Assembly (NCBI GenBank): GCA_014728835.1
Contig: WJKY01000040.1
Span: forward strand, 1-10,815
Length of the DNA stretch: 10,815 nucleotides
Direction of reading: 5' to 3'
Source of the DNA: Candidatus Woesearchaeota archaeon
GTDB lineage: Archaea > Nanobdellota > Nanobdellia > UBA10117 > WJKY01
In this document: positions 6,842 to 10,815 of the stretch, one piece after another
Numbering within the stretch: the stretch's first letter is position 1
How the letters are laid out: every line of letters begins with the position of its first letter
Notes under the pieces: generated by a model
What the model was told of the DNA's origin: nothing
Database searches by the model: none
Seen by the model: the letters and a program-made list of their open reading frames with translations, nothing else
Program-made: the position numbers and the translations under genes

Positions 6842-7319
6842 TTTTAATCACTGCTTTAATATCATTTACAAATTTTCTAGTAACACTAGAATATCTTTTT
6901 ACTGAGTTCAAATCTAATGTGGCTGTATCATAATCGTGAGACGTCAATATATATTTATTGCCGCGTCTGAATCGCATTGTGCCGTTTTTGTCGTATTTAT
7001 AAACTTCTAATAATTTGCCAAGTAATCTGTAATACTTAGGATCAAATTTGTATTTTTCTTCTAATTTTTGCCTGTAAATGCTGATTTCCATGGCAAAATT
7101 TTTTGGATATGCTTCTATTTGTTTGTAATATCTTTCATATTCTAGCAAAGATTGTAATGCTGCTCTGCTAGCAGTTATTATGTGCCCTGCTATAGCTAGC
7201 AAGAACTTTGTTTCTTTAATCATTGGATAAGTCATATAAAGAAGATGATCTGCAACTTCGATTTCTTTTTTTGCTATCTGCATAAGTTGCTCATGTTTGG
7301 TGTCTAACCTCGCTACCAT
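6834..7319 (-). CDS. Hypothetical alpha-helical protein (161 aa), first gene of the three-gene operon
   Basis: Clean ORF with codon usage like its neighbours. Motifs VADHLL and LAIAGHIITASRAA parallel those in the 117-aa ORF. I recognise no family. Confidence 0.6.
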   Translation of the reverse strand: MVARLDTKHEQLMQIAKKEIEVADHLLYMTYPMIKETKFLLAIAGHIITASRAALQSLLEYERYYKQIEAYPKNFAMEISIYRQKLEEKYKFDPKYYRLLGKLLEVYKYDKNGTMRFRRGNKYILTSHDYDTATLDLNSVKRYSSVTRKFVNDIKAVIKNE

Positions 7320-7365
7320 AGTTTATTTTAAGTAGTAATCTTATTTAATTTTTTAGGTAAGAAAC

Positions 7366-7372
7366 TTTATAT
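7366..7372. promoter_or_regulatory. TATA-like element (TTTATAT) between divergent transcription units
   Basis: It is near-palindromic and AT-rich. It lies about 45-50 nt upstream of the minus-strand ATG 7319 and upstream of the plus-strand GC-rich RNA region. A second TATA-like GTATAT sits at 7394-7399. Confidence 0.35.
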
Positions 7373-7550
7373 GTCCGTCGCTGCAATGCCTCAGTATATC
7401 CGCAACCGCGGTGAAGGTAAGCGCATTCCCCAATTCGAACGAAGTTCGAATGGGCCCCATCGAAACTATGTTTGATTAGGGCTTTGGACTGCACTGCACG
7501 GGATGCCGGCTTTGCCGAGATCGCATCTCGTGTCGCAACGGCGAAACGTT
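7373..7550 (+). ncRNA. Unassigned GC-rich structured RNA candidate directly abutting tRNA-Thr
   Basis: About 55% G+C by hand count, in an AT-rich genome. There are four consecutive strong hairpins at 7429-7454, 7456-7481, 7497-7532 and 7535-7552. There is no credible ORF. Strand is assigned by contiguity with the tRNA and the upstream TATA; the 5' end is uncertain (7373 to about 7421). Confidence 0.5.
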
Positions 7551-7624
7551 GCTTCGGTAGCATAGTCTGGTAATGCGTCTGCCTCGTAAGCAGAAGATCG
7601 AGAGTTCAAATCTCTCCCGGGGCT
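7551..7624 (+). tRNA. tRNA-Thr(CGU), intron-less
   Basis: GCTTCGG TA GCAT AGTCTGGTA ATGC G TCTGC CTCGTAA GCAGA AGATC GAGAG TTCAAAT CTCTC CCGGGGC T, 74 nt. The acceptor stem has two U-G pairs (3:70, 4:69) and the discriminator is U. Confidence 0.88.
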
Positions 7625-7629
7625 TTAAT

Positions 7630-8379
7630 ATGAAACCATTTGATATACATGTGCATTTTGAGGCATTTAAGCCAAAACAAGTAGATGGGCTTATTGCAGA
7701 TGCTAAAAAAGTTTTATCTGGAGCAATAAATCCAGGCACATATCCAAAAGCAAATAGGGTAGTTCTAAAACTAGCTAGAAAATATAAAGATTTTATTTGG
7801 CCTGCATTAGCTGTTCATCCAATTTATCTGCCTAAAATGACTGATGAACAGATAGAACAAGAACTTGATTTTATTTCAAAGCAAAACATTGTTGCGATTG
7901 GTGAAGCTGGTCTGGATTATTTTTGGCTGAAAAAAGTTATTAAGAAAAATGTTGATGAAGAAAAAAAGCGGCAAATTAAGTTTTTCAAAAAGCAAATTAA
8001 ATTAGCAGATAAAATGAATATTCCTATTATTATTCATTCGCGCTGGTCAATTGCTCGCGTTATAAAAATTCTAAAAGAAATGCGTCCTAAAAAAGCTGTG
8101 CTACATGGTTTTAGTGGGAATCTAGAACAAGCAAAAGACATGATTGATTTGGGATATATGCTATCTAATGGTCCGCGAGTTAGGGAATTTTTTAAGGATT
8201 TGCCTCTGAACAAAATTTTATTAGAAACTGATGCGCCATACATGAAAGTTAATGATAGAAATGCTGCTCCAAAAGATATTCTTTTGGCTGTGAAAAAATT
8301 AGCAGAGCTAAAAAATATTTCAGAGGAAAAAGTAATTAAACAGACAAACAAAAATGTGAAAAAATATTTTGAGATTTAA
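7630..8379 (+). CDS. tatD: TatD-family metal-dependent hydrolase/DNase
   Basis: Family motifs present: DIHVHF, GEAGLDYF, IIIHSR, LHGFSG and LETDAPY. The start is set at ATG 7630, because the track's upstream extension runs through tRNA-Thr. Confidence 0.85.
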   Translation: MKPFDIHVHFEAFKPKQVDGLIADAKKVLSGAINPGTYPKANRVVLKLARKYKDFIWPALAVHPIYLPKMTDEQIEQELDFISKQNIVAIGEAGLDYFWLKKVIKKNVDEEKKRQIKFFKKQIKLADKMNIPIIIHSRWSIARVIKILKEMRPKKAVLHGFSGNLEQAKDMIDLGYMLSNGPRVREFFKDLPLNKILLETDAPYMKVNDRNAAPKDILLAVKKLAELKNISEEKVIKQTNKNVKKYFEI

Positions 8380-9092
8380 CTAACGTAAGAAGCAGTTTCT
8401 TTTTTCTTTTTAACTTTTTTTGCTTTTTGTGTTTGTGCAAGGATGTTTTTTAATTTTTCCTCAAATTTATCTGCTTTTTTTAGCAATGGTTTAGGATCTA
8501 TCTTCAAACCCAAATACTTATCTAAAATTTTAATTATTTTTGCAGCTGCTCTGCTATCTGGCAATTTAGAATGTGTCTCTGCAAAAATAAAGGTTGATTT
8601 AACTTCTTTAGGTAGCTTTAAAATTAGAGCGCCTGAAATACCTAAAATTATTCCTTCTTCTAAAGGATTTAAATCAGCTTTTTCAAGTTTCTTTTTATTT
8701 GAAGATGCGTTAGTATAATAATAAGCTTCAGGTTCTTCTCTCTCTACTGATGAAGCTATGCCTTCCACGCTAATTAATTCTTTTGCATCTAATTTTTTGT
8801 AAAGAGAAGCTATTGCCTTTACTGTCTCCCATTCCATATCTTTTATTCCAGTTAAAGCTTGTAAAACAACAATATTGTGTTTTTTGTTGTAAAAAATCTC
8901 TAATGGTTGTACAACCTTACTATCATGTATAATTGCAACTGGATTAATATCCTCAGATGTAATCTTTCCAATTGATTTGAATTTAAGGTGGTCTAATAAA
9001 TATTCTGTGGCTATAGTTGCTACAAATCCAAAGCCTGGAAAACCTTCAATTATAATTGGATTTTTTGGTGTTTCAGTAAGTTCAACTTTCAT
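8376..9092 (-). CDS. PAC2-family proteasome assembly chaperone
   Basis: The N-terminal PIIIEGFPGFGFVATIATEYLLDHL...IGKI pattern is typical of archaeal PAC2 proteins, and the tail is lysine-rich. The start is set at ATG 9092, preceded by GGGAGAGG; the track's ATG 9119 is probably upstream of the transcription start. Confidence 0.72.
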   Translation of the reverse strand: MKVELTETPKNPIIIEGFPGFGFVATIATEYLLDHLKFKSIGKITSEDINPVAIIHDSKVVQPLEIFYNKKHNIVVLQALTGIKDMEWETVKAIASLYKKLDAKELISVEGIASSVEREEPEAYYYTNASSNKKKLEKADLNPLEEGIILGISGALILKLPKEVKSTFIFAETHSKLPDSRAAAKIIKILDKYLGLKIDPKPLLKKADKFEEKLKNILAQTQKAKKVKKKKETASYVS

Positions 9093-9182
9093 TTGGCCTC
9101 TCCCTAAGTTAAATAGCATAGAATTGCTTTATTTAAATAGATTCCCCTTATAAAAAGCACTTAAAAAAGATAAATCGCAACC

Positions 9183-9190
9183 TTTAAAAA
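9183..9190 (+). promoter_or_regulatory. TATA-box-like element for the 9209-9380 RNA
   Basis: TTTAAAAA is centred about 23-26 nt upstream of G9209, the first base of the long helix. Confidence 0.45.
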
Positions 9191-9208
9191 GGGAAATTAT
9201 GACTTTAA

Positions 9209-9380
9209 GGTAGTGATTCTGGAAGACTACATTAGTAGTCGCAGCAAAGCTTTGCTTTGTTGTGCCCTCCTTCCAGTTCTCACACCTCCTAATTCGGGTT
9301 TTATACTCGAATATCGAGCCTTGAGTTTACTCAAGGTTCATTATAAACTGGCGCAGAAACCTTTGAAACTGCGCCATAAA
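9209..9380 (+). ncRNA. Unassigned structured RNA candidate (three-way junction plus three hairpins), or a long structured leader of the 80-aa ORF
   Basis: A 14-bp long-range helix pairs 9209-9225 with 9270-9286 and encloses hairpins 9226-9239 and 9241-9265. Further hairpins lie at 9292-9312, 9316-9339 (10 bp) and 9349-9376 (8 GC-rich bp). G+C is about 43% by hand count. The overlapping 79-aa ORF has atypical composition. Confidence 0.5.
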
Positions 9381-9397
9381 TACTTAAAGGATGGAAA

Positions 9398-9640
9398 ATG
9401 GGAAAGGAATACGACTTTAATGAAGCTTTTGCAGAAGCATATACAGAACTGATAGGCCCTAAAACTCATAAACGGTCTACTGAAGCACAAATATTATACA
9501 TAAAAGGTGTAAAAGGTCTAGAGCAATATATTGCGCAAAAGAGATTACAAAACCCTGAAATAGCAGATTTCACAGAAAGCGGCATGAAATTAAAAAAGTT
9601 ACTTCATGATATAACTAATCTCGTGTCTAGACTTAACTAA
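9398..9640 (+). CDS. Hypothetical small protein (80 aa)
   Basis: ATG ORF with composition like the neighbouring genes, followed by a T-rich terminator. I recognise no family. Confidence 0.5.
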   Translation: MGKEYDFNEAFAEAYTELIGPKTHKRSTEAQILYIKGVKGLEQYIAQKRLQNPEIADFTESGMKLKKLLHDITNLVSRLN

Positions 9641-9667
9641 TTTTTATTTTTAATTTTTATTTTTAAT
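9638..9667 (+). terminator. T-rich terminator region formed by a perfect 13-nt tandem duplication
   Basis: TAATTTTTATTTT occurs at 9638-9650 and 9651-9663, followed by TAAT. It contains several T4-T5 runs directly after the stop codon, as expected for archaeal oligo-T termination. Confidence 0.5.
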
Positions 9668-9671
9668 AAAG

Positions 9672-9679
9672 CTTATAAA
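9672..9679 (+). promoter_or_regulatory. TATA box for 5S rRNA
   Basis: CTTATAAA is centred about 26 nt upstream of the 5S 5' end. Confidence 0.5.
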
Positions 9680-9700
9680 CCCTTAAAATTCACAAATTAT

Positions 9701-9817
9701 TGTCAGCGGTCAAAGCACCGAGGTAATACCTGATCTCATTTCGAACTCAGAAGTTAAGCTCGGTTACGTTTTGGTGTGTACTTCGTCATACGCGGGAAAG
9801 CCAAAAAGCTGCTGACA
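9701..9817 (+). rRNA. 5S ribosomal RNA (stand-alone gene)
   Basis: Helix I pairs GTCAGCGG (9702-9709) with GCTGCTGAC. The conserved core CCTGATCTCATTTCGAACTCAGAAGTTAAGCTCGG is present. Helix II is ACCGAG/CTCGGT, and helix IV/V is TTTTGG...CCAAAA. Confidence 0.9.
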
Positions 9818-9822
9818 TTATA
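9807..9822 (+). repeat. Direct repeat copy 1 (AGCTGCTGACATTATA), covering the 5S 3' end plus 5 nt
   Basis: Exact 16-nt match to 9957-9972. Confidence 0.9.
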
Positions 9823-9956
9823 ATCTTCCACGATTATGAAGCGGTTCTCACTTCCCAAATCAAATGAAATTCGATTGGGTGTTCGAAAGTCTAAGCAACA
9901 GCCCAAAGTATATTCAACCAAGTTGAATATGCTAGCTCTAGTCCTGAGCGCAGGAC

Positions 9957-9972
9957 AGCTGCTGACATTATA
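9957..9972 (+). repeat. Direct repeat copy 2 (AGCTGCTGACATTATA)
   Basis: Exact 16-nt match to 9807-9822, 150 nt downstream. It lies immediately before the rnp4 TATA-like element. Confidence 0.9.
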
Positions 9973-9973
9973 C

Positions 9974-9981
9974 TTATATAT
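9974..9981 (+). promoter_or_regulatory. TATA-like element for rnp4 (implies a leaderless or near-leaderless mRNA)
   Basis: TTATATAT lies 15-28 nt upstream of the two candidate ATGs (9996, 10002). Confidence 0.4.
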
Positions 9982-9995
9982 TCTTAAATTCTTAG

Positions 9996-10334
9996 ATGAT
10001 TATGGCTCGTAGAACTAAACCTGACTGGCAACAGGAAATTGCTAAGGAGCGAATAAGCATATTATTTAAGGAAGCTCTAAAGCAAGCAAAAGCTGGCAAC
10101 TTGGATAGAGCAAATAGATATGTTTTCTTGGCTCGCAAGTTAAGTATGAAATATCAAGTTCAGATTCCTAAGGCTTTGCGGCGCAAGTTCTGCCATAAAT
10201 GCTATCATTATTTATTGCCTGGCAAAACAGTTAAAGTGCGAACAAATCCTAAAACGCGCGCTGTGGAAATGCAATGCTTGGATTGCAAGCATATTAATCG
10301 CTATCCCTACTCAAAAACTAAGAGGTCCAAATAA
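9996..10334 (+). CDS. rnp4: RNase P protein component 4 (Rpp21/Rpr2 family)
   Basis: EIAKERISILFKEA, NRYVFLARKLSMKY and the zinc-ribbon pattern RRKFCHKCYHYLLPG...VEMQCLDCKHINRYP are typical of Rpp21. An alternative start is ATG 10002. Confidence 0.85.
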   Translation: MIMARRTKPDWQQEIAKERISILFKEALKQAKAGNLDRANRYVFLARKLSMKYQVQIPKALRRKFCHKCYHYLLPGKTVKVRTNPKTRAVEMQCLDCKHINRYPYSKTKRSK

Positions 10335-10815
10335 CTAAATTTTTCTCTTTTGCGTGTGTTTCTAAGCAGTCAAATAAGAAAGAGTGCTTCGTGTCTGGCT
10401 CGTACGGATATGATTCTGCGTAGCCGCTTGAAACCATTTCTGCATTTACAAATAAATCATCTGTATAAAGATAATATAAATAGCGGCCATATTTGCCTGT
10501 CTCAGAAACATCTTGTTCAAGATATAAAGTTTTGTTTAAAGTTAGGCTTCCAAGATAATCGCCAGCTTCTGAGTAATATTCATAACTTTTTTCTGGTGTA
10601 TCAATTCCAATCAAACGAACTTTTTTTCCATTTGTTAAAACAAGTGTATCACCATCAACAATACGCTGAACTTGTGCAGTTGGATAATCTTGCGCGTCTG
10701 CAATTAATTGTGGTATTTCAGCAACTGCATCTTTACAAGTTTGCGGCTCTTCTGAAACACAGCCACTTGCTAAAATTAAAAATATGATTAGAATCAGAAT
10801 TATTTTTCTTTTCAT
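10318..10815 (-). CDS. Secreted/lipid-anchored staphylococcal-type thermonuclease (SNase fold)
   Basis: N-terminal signal with lipobox: MKRKIILILIIFLILASGC. SNase core: VDGDTLVLTNGKKVRLIGIDTPE. The ATG lies at the last bases of the window, so the CDS looks complete. Confidence 0.8.
   Translation of the reverse strand: MKRKIILILIIFLILASGCVSEEPQTCKDAVAEIPQLIADAQDYPTAQVQRIVDGDTLVLTNGKKVRLIGIDTPEKSYEYYSEAGDYLGSLTLNKTLYLEQDVSETGKYGRYLYYLYTDDLFVNAEMVSSGYAESYPYEPDTKHSFLFDCLETHAKEKNLVIWTS

Noticed and set aside
7373-7550. SRP (7S) RNA assignment for either orphan RNA region (7373-7550 or 9209-9380)
   Set aside because: Both are about 170-180 nt, against about 300 nt for archaeal SRP RNA. I could not find the helix-8 GNRA tetraloop with the AGCA asymmetric loop, the helix-6 GNAR loop, or the Alu-domain UGUAAU turn. 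The question stays open pending a covariance-model search.
7573-7629. N-terminal extensions of track ORFs: tatD from 7573, PIG-L from 3898, dph6 to 2540, PAC2 to 9119, ATPase to 6521
   Set aside because: The extensions overlap a tRNA, a divergent gene or promoter DNA, or use a rare TTG or GTG start. In each case an internal ATG with an SD-like sequence or an ATGA coupling gives the conserved N-terminus.
7345-7739. Two minus-strand ORFs (72 aa and 87 aa), and a 34-aa plus-strand ATG ORF at 7371-7475
   Set aside because: They overlap tRNA-Thr and the GC-rich hairpin region. Their codon usage (CGC, GGC, GCC-rich) is unlike all credible genes here, so they are an artefact of GC-rich RNA sequence.
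9213-9452. 79-aa GTG-initiated ORF
   Set aside because: It runs through five strong RNA helices and reads out of frame into the better-supported 80-aa ORF. Its Cys/Pro/Leu-rich product is unlike the local proteome.
9638-9667. Tandem 13-nt repeat as a possible CRISPR or minisatellite
   Set aside because: There are only two copies, no spacers, and pure AT/T-run content directly after a stop codon. It is best explained as a terminator.
9880-9940. Possible minimal RNase P RNA next to rnp4: GAAAGTC (CR-I-like) at 9884-9890 and GCTAGCTCT as a would-be P4 partner
   Set aside because: P4 pairing would need a bulge and a mismatch. There is no ACAGAA...GGCTTA CR-V. Only one hairpin lies between the strands, and the whole segment is far too short for even type-T RNase P RNA. 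The other GAAAGTCC, at 4853-4860, is part of the tRNA-Arg intron/exon junction.
255-10787. Antisense or shadow ORFs inside well-supported genes (255-533, 1134-1340, 2973-3212, 5390-5575, 5887-6243, 8034-8351, 8443-8718, 10350-10787)
   Set aside because: Each is fully embedded opposite or out of frame in a CDS with clear family motifs. Their products are low-complexity or hydrophobic nonsense.

Overview
AT-rich (roughly one-third G+C by eye), very tightly packed archaeal window. The gene set is deoxyhypusine synthase, archaeal Pth2, a Dph6-like PP-loop ATPase, RNase P protein Rpp21/Rnp4, a PAC2 proteasome-assembly chaperone and a PIN-PilT-type ATPase. That set, the tiny intergenic spacers and the intron-bearing tRNAs suggest a small-genome, DPANN-like archaeon; this is inference. 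I support 16 CDS, one of them a 49-aa zinc-ribbon ORF missing from the ORF track. I also support three tRNA genes and a stand-alone 5S rRNA. Items worth a second look: (1) a 221-nt tRNA-Arg(CCU) gene split by three introns, in the D-loop, at canonical 37/38 and at T-loop 59/60, plus a tRNA-Gly(UCC) with a canonical intron. (2) Two GC-enriched, hairpin-dense non-coding stretches (7373-7550, directly abutting tRNA-Thr; 9209-9380, behind its own TATA box) that I could not assign to SRP RNA, RNase P RNA or any other family I know. (3) A perfect 16-nt duplication of the 5S rRNA 3' end, bracketing a 134-bp structured insert just upstream of the RNase P protein gene. (4) A three-gene, translationally coupled operon in which two paralogous small helical proteins precede the PIN-ATPase. 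(5) A 48-nt in-frame insertion carrying a GC-rich palindrome in deoxyhypusine synthase. No CRISPR array, transposase or integrase gene is visible.
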